A DNA stretch of 64,000 nucleotides from Phallusia mammillata (Eukaryota). The translations under genes and the position numbers were made by a program. This document shows, piece after piece, positions 1-12,059 of this stretch; within the stretch, counting starts at the first letter, position 1, and each line of letters starts with the position of its first letter. Under the pieces are notes generated by a model. It saw nothing but the letters and a program-made list of their open reading frames with translations, made no database searches and was not told where the DNA came from. Where the stretch lies: positions 10,602,001 through 10,666,000 of the forward strand of contig OZ281497.1 in the NCBI GenBank assembly GCA_965637545.1. Reading direction: 5' to 3'.

Positions 1-119
1 TAGCAATCAGTGGCCGGCCAAAAAATGTCCCCAAAATCAGCAGCGAGCTGGAAAAAATTGAAATTAAAGGAAGTTAATTTAAAGCTGAAATTTAAATGTT
101 TCTAAATTTTTCTTCGCAG

Positions 120-3100
120 GACGGACTGTGTGTTCAGTCCTAACGATAAGTTACTAGTGACTGGAATATCTGTGAGAAAAGATGAGGGACAACAGGGAAA
201 GCTTGTTTTCCTCGACCGAACTGATCTTGAAGTTGTCAACGAACTTCCAGTTTGTCAATCGGTAAGCTCATGTTCTTCTTGCATAGTATATGCATAACAT
301 ATGGAATCGATTATTTTGAAACCTTGAAAAATATGTGCTACCTGCAATAGTATTTTTTGTGGCGAGCACAGTAATAATAAAACTTGCAAACGTACTGGAA
401 TGTTACAATAACAGCACTTACACATGAAAATCGTTCATGCCTGATACGTTTTATTTTAAAGCATTTTTGTTGGCAACTTACAACAAACAGTAACGTTTTA
501 ACTTTATGAACATAAAAGCGTGGAAGCTAACTTTATGTGAAAATAATTACTAGATTTGTATGCTATTCTTGATACTGTTTTTAAGAGTGTTATTCGATGT
601 ATCTGGCATCCCAAGCTGAATCAGATCATCGTCGGTTCGGCTGATGGCAACGTCAAAGTGTTGTACGACCCCGACCGAAGTGCGCGTGGTGCGAAACTTT
701 GTGTCGTTAAAAAGAGAAGAAAACAGAACCATGCCGAAGTTTTCATCCGACACAAAATTATTACACGTAAGTTAGACGTTTTGGTAGTAACAGCCTTGCA
801 TTTCGATTTGAGAAGTTTAAAACTTGAATTCACTACTTCATGTTAGACCTTTTTTATTGAATGCGTGGCTTGTCAACGCAAGTAAGAATACAGTGATGTA
901 TTAGTAGTTCATTTCTTGGGACCACAATAAACAATTTTTCGATTAAAATATGCGATGAAAAGTAACGTGCTGAAATGCTTGTGTCGTACACACAAAGGAT
1001 ATTGCGAAGAAAATAAAAAAGTATATACAGGTTTTTTCAATCACAAGGCTTGCGACGTTGGCAGACATACACGCGTATTTTGATCTTAATTAACAAGGAC
1101 TGATCAAAATATGTGAAGTGATGGAGGCCGACCTTGATTTGGCAACCACACCACTTATGATGTCCAATGTATGTAAAGTTTAAATGTATGTTCAAAAAAC
1201 AAAAAGAATCCCGTTATATCACAACCTGGTAGATATTTAAATTTCCTGACAATTTTATTTATGTTTTAAATTTTTAGCTTACTCACTTCCTATGTACCGG
1301 GAAGACCGAGAACGAAGCACCAAGAAGCAGATGGAGAAGGATCGAAAAGATCACGTTAAATCACGTCGTCCACAACCTCCACTCGCCACTAGAGGGGGTA
1401 AGAGGATCATGCACTTGTTAAAAACAGCGTTATGAAAGAAGTGTTTAAAATTATAGGCTGTATTAAAACGTTTGTCTTTGTTTGTGTTACTTTCGCAGAA
1501 GGCAAATGATACGTACAAAAGTGCAAACACATTTTATAGAACTCGTTCTATTAGCCTCTTTTTTCTTCAACATTTCAGTTTGTTAAAACATGTCACTTGA
1601 GTACTGTAAAAGTGTAAATCATTGTCATAAGTTTAGAAATATCGTATAATGACAATAATGAGTTGTATAACCGGGAAATGAAACAAAAGTGTCGTTTTTA
1701 TGGGCCTAGGTACATTTTAATTGGTCACACGGTATCATTGCTAACCAGGTGCCGGAGGACGTCTACAGGCTCATGGAAGCACCCTGGCCTCGTTTATCAT
1801 GAAGAACATTGCCAAGGATACAGCTGATGACGCAAACGCCCGTGAAGCCATCTTACGTCACGCGGATGACGCAGTTGCCAAACCCAAGTGGATATCACAT
1901 GCATATGCAAAGTAAGAATTGTGGTAGTTGTATTATTAACAGTTTGTAAGAGGAATACCTCGTCAATTCTAACCTAGCAAAAATTAGTTTGGCTACCTTT
2001 TCCTTTATATCTCCATTTAGTCAAATTGTAAATATGTGTGTAAATACAATCAGGAATCACTTAATACCTATTGAATATGCTATAACAAAGTTTGTGATAT
2101 GGAAAGAAGTGAATTATCTCAAAACATGTCAAGTGTCACATATTATGTGCGGCCAAAAAGTTGTATGCTTATTGCACATTCACTGAAAAAACATTCATTG
2201 AGTGATTTCTGAATCCTGCACCCTTCAAACTCCGTTTGGTATTTACCCATTACAATAGCTGGAACCGCTTAATGTTTATCATCGTGACCCTCACATGAAC
2301 CACACATGTGTGTCACTTTCAACTGTGGTACCAGGTATGATGTACAGACTTTGCCGGAGAATTTTCAAATAAAACCATGACTCATCAGACAGAGTAGGCG
2401 GGAAAATTTTTAGATTGTTTAATCGAAACATTAGTGGGGTCTACTTCAATATTGACTGAAGCACAATGACTTTTGTTTATTTTGTTTACTTTTGTTTATC
2501 ATGTTAATAATGCATTCGTATGTTTTAGTAAAATGTCACTGAACGCTCGCCCAGTGATATAGGAATTATATACGAATCACCTTTTCAACGAAAATATAAA
2601 AGCCTTGCAGCTATTTTTATCCTGTTTTGCTATATTTATTTGTGTACGACCAAACGCCTTTCGTAAAAATATAAGCAATATTATAGCCCACCCTAAATAT
2701 AAACGCACCACCACAGTTTGCTTAAAACATTAGCGGAAGGCTTTTCGATTTCTTGGCGGGTAAAATTTCCTAACGCCGTGCACGTTTCGGCTTGTGTTTA
2801 TGTACAAATACAATTTGGCCACCTCCTGCTCTTAGGTGGTCTGCGACGAAATTACTGACGTTTGTGAAATTCTATTACCCGGAAACGATAATTTAAACAG
2901 TTGCTCTGCTAATGAAGTCTAATCAGTCACACATTACGCTTAACAAAGCAGCTATTGTCCTCACCTTCTTAAATCGTGTCCAAGTTGGTCATTGTTGGAC
3001 CTTCGCTGAGGGGGCATTGAAAACAGCTTCTGTCACAACTCCATCTGAATTGTCAACATTGAAATCCTTAAAAAGCACTTTTTCCATGCTGAAATTTTAT

Positions 3101-5440
3101 TGCTTTAATTTTAAATGGTAATATATTACATATACGCATAAAGGTTAGTTTGCAGACATGGACAAATATGAAGCTCCTTTGAACTCGGAGGCAATTTACA
3201 TAAACCCATGACAAACGAGTTTAAACCTTTCATCTGGCACCTCGCTTCACCTTTGCAAATATTTTTATTGCAAAAGCTGCTGTTTGGGCCCAATAACTAT
3301 CACAAGCGGCTGCAATTACCACCATGTAGCACGCACATAGTGCCACCATCATACCAATTGGGTTGTCTCATCGTTGCAACTTGGCCCCTAAATCGGGAGT
3401 TTGCAAATAAACAACTTATAATCATGGATTGTTTACGTTTAAACTTGAACCCCCATCCATACCCGTTGTAGACCAGACGCAAACACCCACCAGCGATGCG
3501 TGTTGATTTAAGTCATTAGTGCCGGGTTCGTTTTTCAACACTACCGCTGCGGGGTCACAGCAGGGACAGGCGATGTGTATGACGTCATGACCGTATTTGC
3601 CTGTCGTAATCACTGTCAGCTGTAAATCTTCGGGTGGACAATTTTAAAGTGTTGATTTCCGAGGATTTGAATTACAACGCAAAACTTGTTTTCTATGTTG
3701 TTAAGCGCTTGTGTTGAAGGTCTTACATTTTACAAAATCAGACGTCCGTTTGTGACACTAGTGCCGCTAGAGCGAGGTTTAGCGGTTTTTTTGAACAACA
3801 TGACTGATCTTTGGTTTAATGCCTGCAAAAATCAACCAATAAAATATTTGTGGTTCTTTTATGCCAATGAACAGTAGCGTACTCAAATATTTGAAAACCA
3901 GTTCGTGAATTCGCTTTTTTTCAACTTGTGTTTTGGAAAAACAATGTTACAGCTATGTTTATATTTTTGAAATCTGGATTGGACCTGTATAACAAAAAAA
4001 TTGTCTTTTTATCAGTTATGCATGGCAATAAGCTTTGTTAAACTGTTGTGAATTATCTTCCTTCATTGAAGAATGTGATCCCCAGTAGCCTGACTCTTCA
4101 TAGTCATCCCAAGTGTTTTATTTGTTTGTTTGTTTTTACTTCGCGTTGAAAACAGTTATTTGTTAAGTTTTTTGTTTCGAGTCCCGAGCCGTGGTTGTTG
4201 ATGACTGGAGCTCATTTGAAGTCATGGTGGCAAAATTAAAATTCTTTTTTGTTTATTACAAAAAAATAATTTGGCCAACGTATTGTATGAATAGTTGTCA
4301 TTCACCACTACCTAAATAGCAGACGGTCTTCAGGGCGGGTTGGCGCCCAGAAGTTTAACTTGCATTCCGTTGTGTTTACCACTTTAGCAAACTTGTTTTG
4401 CTCAAAAACAAACCACGATCGCTTACGAATAGCTTCATATTTCCGTTGTGGATTTAGAACCCCTCCACTAATGTGCATTTATCATCGTCTTTACGCGTCG
4501 GCTTCCGCGGGAATTCGATATCGTTGTTCCCGCTGGTGGGTTATGTTTGTTCACTCAGATCCGGAAATTTCCCGCGGTTCAAGAGGCAACGATTTGTCTT
4601 GATTAACGCAACGCAACACACTTTTGCGCTGACAACCGAGGAAACTTTAAGCCTTTTAACTAAACAAGTAGCTGTTTGTTTGCTCTTTGACTTAACGTAT
4701 TGTTTATGGGGGACTAATATTACTTAGGATTCAGGTTTAGACGGATAAGAATTTATAATTGTTCCAGGAAACGTGGTTTGGAAACGATAAACACATTTGC
4801 AGTGCATGAAGAGCTGTTTACCACAGATATTTAATGCACTACTGTTATATTGGAAACGATGCAAACCTAGGTGTCAAATATATAGGAAAATACCTAGTTG
4901 TGTCCTACGTCAAATAAAACTGCAGAAACTATGGTCATGTGTGCTATCCAATTTTTTAAGAAAATAACCCCTAGGGTTTCTTCCAAACCTTCTAATGCTA
5001 GTTTTGACCCCTAAACATTAGCTAATGGCCTTCGAGCCACATGATTGGTTAATGCATATTTCATGTCTGTTTATGATACATCTTTGACAGACAAACTGCA
5101 TGTAGAATAGGTCATTGTATTACTTGCCTTGATTGGGCCACAGTTATGGCAATTGCCGATTTGGGTCAATTTATTAAACACATGCAAAGTTAGTGGCATA
5201 AGGAAATCTTCATTATGTTTGAAGATAAGACAAACTACAATCACGATCAACATTATTTCAGAACTGAGCAACCGAAGTTTGATGTATCTTTTTTTTACTT
5301 TTTACAGAACTCAGCCAAACACGATTTTTAACACGGGCGAAAGCGACGAATCAGAGGACGAGAACAGTCACGTGATTGTGGGTGGAAACAAGAAGCCAGA
5401 GGAAGAAGAGCCGGCTTGGAAAAAAGCCAAGTTTACGTAA
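120..5440 (+). CDS. WDR70: WD repeat-containing protein 70 (gad-1 homologue), 3' portion; exons 120-261, 586-766, 1278-1397, 1749-1911, 5308-5440 (stop TAA); 5' exons lie upstream of the window
   Basis: GT-AG introns with consistent phases (0,1,1,2). Spliced translation TDCVFSPNDKLLVTG...GKLVFLDR...SVIRCIWHPKLNQIIVG...YDPDRSARGAKLCVVK...IITPYSLPMYRE...STKKQMEKDRKD...GAGGRLQAHGSTLASFIMKNIAKD...AREAILRHA...AYAKTQPNTIF...EPAWKKAKFT matches the recalled WDR70 C-terminus motif by motif. Confidence 0.96.
2100..4600 (-). pseudogene. Possible decayed spliced gene nested antisense in the last WDR70 intron; identity unknown
   Basis: Several minus-strand acceptor/donor signals (donor gtaagc ~4426, ttatacag acceptor ~3985, tttttgcag ~3822, cgatttag ~3388, exon-like 3088-2965 with tttcag/gtgag). 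They flank protein-like segments (NCPPEDLQLTVITTGKYGHDVIHIACPCCDPAAVVL; hydrophobic IGMMVALCACYMVVIAAA; MEKVLFKDFNVDNSDGVV) broken by stops and frameshifts. Confidence 0.35.
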
Positions 5441-5598
5441 CCTTTTGCGTTGACTTGTATTGCAGTTCAATCCAGCCGGGAGAATCCGCATAAATATGGA
5501 GACCTTCGGGGTCAGTTATATGTTCAGTGTGATGATGATGGCTGACTCGGCGGGTTTGCAAGGGAAGATTGGAAATTTTGTATCTCTAGAGTCGAGAC

Positions 5599-5916
5599 CA
5601 GGGGTGGGCAACCTGCGGCCCGCGGGCCACATGCGGCCCTTAAGTAAAGGTTGTGCGGCCCGCAGAGACGATTGAATTTAAAATGGACTGACAAACGAGT
5701 CCAAATATTAATTTTTTTAAGCAGATTAATGCGCCCTATGCTATTTTTCTGCGACCAGGCGTTTTGTGGCTAGAATTAAATTCGAAATTTACTTGTAGTT
5801 AAGTATATTTGGTAAGCAACGAAGTAAAATCACCTTGTGTTATACACAGGTGCGGCCCGCGATCTAATATTGGCTATTGTATTTGCCCCCACAGCAACAA
5901 AGGTTGCCCACCCCTG
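5599..5916. mobile_element. Non-autonomous hAT (Charlie-like) MITE in the presumptive WDR70 3' UTR
   Basis: TIR caggggtgggcaacct / aggttgcccacccctg; subterminal gcggcccgc repeats; 8-bp TSD gtcgagac (5591-5598) / gtctagac (5917-5924) with one mismatch. Confidence 0.93.
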
Positions 5917-5924
5917 GTCTAGAC

Positions 5925-5930
5925 AATAAA
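5925..5930 (+). terminator. Candidate WDR70 polyadenylation signal AATAAA (second candidate at 6052-6057)
   Basis: First AATAAA I found downstream of the WDR70 stop codon; it lies immediately after the MITE TSD. Confidence 0.5.
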
Positions 5931-8669
5931 CCCAATGCAAAAATGCAAAAAAAACTTGCATTCACTATGATTTGCAATTATATACCGAGTCACTGTCCGC
6001 AAACAAACGTTGTTTAAACGCGAAACAACTTTTAGCCTGGTCATTTCTCACAATAAAAGGCTTATTGTTTCACTGAACTTGGCCGTCGGCATCTTGTAAA
6101 CCTCCCGCGGCCCCACTCGGCTTCACATCTCCGCCACACTCACTACAAAGACCCTGTCGGCCTCTTTACCGCACGGAAGCTAACATACAATCAACAAACG
6201 TGGCACTCAAAACCTACCAACAAAGCCTTAAATCCCGATTCATCACATACTGCGGGTGCCCCCTCTCTCCCTCCCACTGGCGCACGCGCGTACATCATAG
6301 CCAGTGACGTAACAATGGCATTGGATTGTTTGCGCATCGTGTTCGCGCAGCAGGCGCTTATCTGCCACAGCTATTGTGTGCTGTTCAAGCCGCAAGTTTA
6401 TTCGCGGATTATCTAAAGTGCCGCTTTCCATCAATCGTCATCTCGCCTCTATTGTGACGTACCATGCGTTGCGTCATCACACGTCATTGTCGCTTACACC
6501 TCGTTTTAATTTGCCGCACGTTTTTGCCCACCGTGTGTGGAAAATTGATTAACGCGAGTATTAGGTTATATTGCACGCTCTTCTCCACGCAGCCTCTGAC
6601 GCAGGGTTTAGAAACCGATAGCCTGATTTGAGAAACGACAACATAAAAATTTAAAACGCGTAAATACGTGTTGTGGTTGTAGTGACGGATCGGCTGTAAC
6701 TTCCTGTTTTCACATTCCTGTTTTCCAAAAACATTTTTACGTTCTTAAGCTATGTGGCTGTTGTCCACATGCCTTAAAGAGGCAACTTGTGGAAAAACAA
6801 TTTTATGGACCAAATATTTGTTAGTGCAACCGGAGTGGGTTAAATTTAACTATCAGGCCCACTTCAATACGCCCTTTGGTTTTGACTTCTTAAACGGGAT
6901 AAAAAAAGCTAAATACCGGACCATTGGAACGAAATAGGCTAATTTTATTCCGATACATTGGTCTGGCAGTCCAATCCACAAGTATTGTTACAATATTTTG
7001 TTTTCTCCTATAACGACTTTCCAACTTTCATTACATGTCACCTATAGTTTTTCCTCCTCGGATTGGTGTTTTAATGTTTTTAATGATGCATCGTCTTTTA
7101 TTGAAATAAATATGCTCTTTTTTCAGTCAGAGAAAGTTTGTGAATGACATAAATCATTACGGTGGGAAGTAACAGCCGTTATATGGTTATGGATGGTCCG
7201 GTCTTGACGTTTCTGTGGCACATTTGTGTTTTGACTTCTTTACCTTGCGCCACCTTTTGGGCGTTTTGGTGCTTTTTCAAAAGTAATAATGTTTTGTTTT
7301 AAAATATTTCTACATTAAGCATCTGTTCACAAAACTACCGTCTTTTTTTCAAATAAGCCTGAATAAATTGGGCATGCCAAATGTTAAAATACGTTTCAAA
7401 ATCTACATTACTTAGGCATGAAATACAGAAAGTGGATTGCTTATGCAACAATGATTTAAACTTTTAGAGAAACTATATAACTTCGATTTTGTCCCAAAGC
7501 CGACGTTGCATTTAATAAGTTACTGGTCCCAAATCTTTCTCGTAAAGTTGAAGACGGGAAAATTGCAACACTTTATCAATGTTAGCAATTCAAGCTGCAA
7601 ACTAACCAAAACCCCCAGGCCGGCTATATTACGGTAAGTCATTTATCATTGTTGTACGATTACGAGCGGCGGAATTTATTCAAACATTGCCTCTTGGTTA
7701 TAAACCGCGAGGGCAATTGACACCTCTTTTGTGAACTGTGTTGGCACTGATGTCATGTACAGCGCAAGGGGTAATACAAACTTCCTTTTTATTTCCCGTG
7801 TGGACTTGCGGCTTGGTTTTATTACCACCGCGTGCGAGCAAGAGCGATTTCTCATCCCCGGGGGGTCGCGTTTTACTTACCCCGAACCCAACCCTTATGG
7901 AAATTTATTGTTTCAAAATGAAACTTCGCTTCACGAAGGCGTGTCAACATGTTTTCGTGCAATGTGATTTTCAAACAGAATGAACGTCGATATATGATGT
8001 GGTGTCCTTCCACGCACAACGCAGCTGAACTGAATTCAAAGTCGAAAGACAAAAAAATAAAGATAAGATAAAACTTTAGCAATTCAACATTCAGTCCCAC
8101 CAAATGACTGACCAACAGTATTTACTTACGCCTTATTCACACAACAAAACCACTTGGGGCGCTCGTGACTTGCATCTGGCTTTACGACGATGTGCGTAGC
8201 AAACTTGTGACGTTGAATATGTTGTCCAACCAGTCGTTGACAATTCGTCACAAAATCCTGTACCTACTGCGGATACAGAAGTTTTTATAGACTGCATTTG
8301 CTCGAACAACTAAACATAACAGCGCGAAGGGCGTATAAGGGGCGCGATTATAGACCTGTTGTTGTTTAACTTGTGGTCGGACCACCCTCGATTGTCTGAA
8401 AGCTTCGGAATTCGTCTTCGTTTACAATTAACAACTAACCCACATTGTTTTCTCAGCTGAGAATTCCGGTAATTCAGCTTGAACTTGCGTTGCTTTAGCT
8501 GTTATTTTGATTTATTGCATCCGAGAAAAGCCGAGGAAAAAGCTACCAATATTTATCAAAATTTTCTTTGTCTCCTTCGTACGAAAAAATCCTTAACTGT
8601 TTTGCGTCGAATCATTCAGTATGACGATTTTTTCATAATTTTTTTTTTTTCGGGCGTGTGATGAAAAGG

Positions 8670-10116
8670 TACATATATGGCAAATCAACAGTCGTGGCAC
8701 AATGAGCAAAAATTCTGTTCAATTCGATACAAAGTACTTTTGCAATTAAAGTGACGAGTACCAGCGTAGAAAAAATTGCTCATTGATAACATCACAACAG
8801 AGTCATTATGTATTTTTGGTACTTCCTAGACTTAATAAAAACCATTTTATTTTAGACTCCGTAATTTCTGATAAGTGATTAGAAACTGACCCATTTGGTG
8901 AAAGTGTCCGTATTAGTTGTCGTGTTCACATTGTCATTTTTTTGCAAAAACTGTGTTGCTCTATTTTGGAGTTATGTAATTTCCGACATTGATAGTATAC
9001 ATCTACAATTCCTTAATTGATGTTATAATTGTAATAAAGTGCCAGTCTTACCTAGCAATGTAAGATGTTTCTTTTATGTCACCCCAAGGATCCACCAGAA
9101 AATTAACACATGCTATTGTGTACGTATGTCAGGGAAACGTTGACATGTTTTACACTGAGACATTGTGTAACTTTTCCATAACAACTGACACCTGGAAATG
9201 CGAATCTGTGTGTCTATACCAAGTCAAATCGTAAATCAACAATTAACAAAAAACTTTTATTTTGAAACGGTGTGAACTTTAAGAATGCAGAGCGGAAAAT
9301 TCTCAGAACTCACTTGACTAGAATTGGAAATGGTAGAAAGCAAACAACAAAACGACCATCCGAGCAATTAAACAGTCGTAGAAAAGGTTCAAGGACCTCG
9401 AGATTGCTCAAATGTAATACTTAACCAAATACTTTGCAATTGTCCCCAGATTTAAGGGCGATTTTCGATTCGTCGTAAATTTATGTCACAATTCAAACCT
9501 TTTGCGTTTTTTTATTTCTAAACATTCCGTTTGAGATTTTTCAACTTTTTTATTCCATGACTCAAAAATTTGTGCACAATCAGAGTGTGGAAACCACATA
9601 AAATTGTAAAACAATAAATAACAAACAATTGTAATTCTTATGCCATAATAAAAATACCACCTGTTTGTTTTATTATGTAGTAAATTTCAAAAACCTATAA
9701 TCAACCACAAATATATTTTTTGAAAGTTAAGAAACAAATCAACTTGGACATGGATTAAGACATTAGGAAAACCTTAATTGCACTTGGGTCATTTGAATCA
9801 TTCGTGCACCTCTTAACCTTTGAACGGAAGTTGCGGCAAGTTGACTTTAATCCATCGGTTACCGACAAAACTATATCCAAATACACGAGTATAACAATAA
9901 ATGGTGATGCCTCTATTAGAAATTGTATTCTTTGGGTTGCGCAACTCAAACCATTCTGTGACAAGACATTGGGGACCCCACAGTATGGTTTACGAGAGTC
10001 AAGCAAATAAAGCATCACCTGTAAAATCGACGGCTGAACAAATGAACCCGAAACTTAAGGTATTCTTTCAGAAATTTAAAGGGAAGCACATACAATGCCA
10101 GTACCAAGTTATATTT
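8670..10116 (-). pseudogene. Decayed spliced gene, pannexin/innexin-like
   Basis: Chain of minus-strand GT-AG introns (9313-9192, 9051-9003, 8890-8826). Fragments fall in pannexin-like order: LVLALYVLPFKFLKEY, FICSAVDFT..YC(W after restoring 1 nt), QFLIEASPFIVILVYL..SVTDGLK, IAKYL..SLNLFYDCLIARMVVLL, DVYYQC, EVPK..AIFSTLVLVTLIAKVL. Multiple stops and frameshifts. Confidence 0.45.
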
Positions 10117-11661
10117 CTGCAACAAAATTTTGACACAAAATTTGTTTCAACTTAAAAACATGCTGTTGAATGAAAATTATAAACTGTAACAAAATCAATT
10201 ATTACACAAACATTGCCTAAATGTTTTCTTTTCATTTTTTGTGATTAATCATTCGCATGAACAACAAACTGTTACATTTTAGAACGCTGCAAAGTAAGTT
10301 ATTCAAAGCACACGTTACTGGGCTGACCTGGGTGAGCAAAAGTCCACGTTTACTCAGAACCAGATGCTTTACGGCGACTCGTTGAGACGCCGACAGCCGC
10401 AGTTTGGCCAGGGATCAATCGGCCCGCCCCACTCCAATGACACTGCGCCACGATTTACTACCACCCAAGTACGTCATAGCGATCTTTGCACACCAACCTT
10501 GTCTGATTGCCGAATGGATTCGAATTTGCCGACTCACAGCTGCTAAACCTGCTGGGCTCTTGCTCGTAAATTCAGGTTGGTGTTTCGTGACAAGAAACTT
10601 TACGACAGGACATCGGCCCCACGATTAAACTCTGTTGAATTGATTTGATGCCATGTGTTTGATAACTCTCTGTTTGGCGCGTGCCGGTGTTTAAAGTTCG
10701 ATCAACAAATGCATCAATTGCAATTTAAGTTGACTTTTAACTGTTTATGAAGTGATGTTAGGTCACGTCCGAATTCAAATCGTCTACATTTTTTTGAACC
10801 GTGTAATAGTGAAATAACAATACAAAAGGGTTTGGAAGGGTTGGATTGTTATTTTACTTTTAACTATTTTCTTAAAATTGCTTTTCCTTTTTCGCTAAAA
10901 TCAGGGTGAAGTCTCATGTTCTTTCGCAGGTCCTGCTATGTGTTTCATAACAGTTCTGTGAAATGATTGTTGCGAGCAATTTTCGACATTTAAAAATCCA
11001 TCCGTCCCACCAACGCATTAGCACGCAACGTGAATCTGTATTATCAGTTATGTGCAACAATTCAAAATGATTATCTTTCTGGCTTAACCCCGCTTATGTT
11101 AAGCAAGGTAGATTCGCAGCAAATCGTCTAAAACCCACATTCTCTTCAGTCGTGTATTTGCGGTAGGCAAAAATAAAGTTGGACGAATGTGTTATTCCTT
11201 CACTTTTCTGTGAAGTGGGATCTAGTCGTGATGAAGATCTTCAACTAACATTTACAGGACGTCGGAGACACTACATGCTCGATCACGACGGGATTTTAAA
11301 TGCCAAGAGTTGATCCAGGCACAAATATGAAGCTGAAATTGCGGGTGGGAAGGGTCTAAATTTCGCACGCAAGTAGACGCGGTCACTGCATGAACAATTG
11401 TTTGCCCAGGGATCGGATGTAAGCATGATAAACGCGCAAGAAATGACGCTGCTTAAGTCTATCATCATGTGTTTGAGATAAGAAACAGTCTGCAGAGAGC
11501 TTGTATCCTTTCTAGCCTGTTTTGTTTCATTTACAAGGCCTGTTTAAATGATGTTCGCGTTGGTTTGGAATCGTGCTCGACCTTCGTGCAATCACTTTAC
11601 CGAAATTTGAACTTCATTGACGTGTTTCCTAATTTCAGGTAAAACGTATTTGCCCCTAATA

Positions 11662-12059
11662 CAGCGGTTCTCAAACTGGGGTCCGCGGTCCTTTAGAGGT
11701 CCGTGAGGCAATTTTTGGGGGACCGCGAAATAGTTGAAGTAATTGTACAATCTTTTTTGGCGTCAGTTTGTGTCACTGAATAAGTTTAAATCAAAGTAGA
11801 ATTTACTGTCTCCATTGTTGAACAATAGCCTTTATTGCATGACAACTAACAAAAATGCAATTGTTCGCGCACAATTGTAATGTTTTTTTTTTGTGTCTTG
11901 TCTGTGATGTCACAAGCTGTATTTTGCATAACTAGCTAAAATCCTGCAATCAATTTTCGTTTTTCTGAAATACACATTCAGGCTTAAGGACCGCGAGTCC
12001 TTGAAATATTGGCAAAGGGACCGTTTTAAAAAAATAAGGAAAAAGTTTGAGAACCACTG
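11662..12059. mobile_element. Non-autonomous hAT MITE
   Basis: TIR cagcggttctcaaact / agtttgagaaccactg; perfect 8-bp TSD ccctaata (11654-11661, 12060-12067). Confidence 0.95.

Noticed and set aside
2290-2395. LSDESWFYL on the minus strand resembling a Tc1/mariner catalytic motif
   Set aside because: No TIRs, TA target sites or further DDE motifs nearby.
5529-5545. GTGATGA...CTGA box C/D snoRNA motifs
   Set aside because: The boxes are only a few nucleotides apart and lie in a 3' UTR, not an intron.
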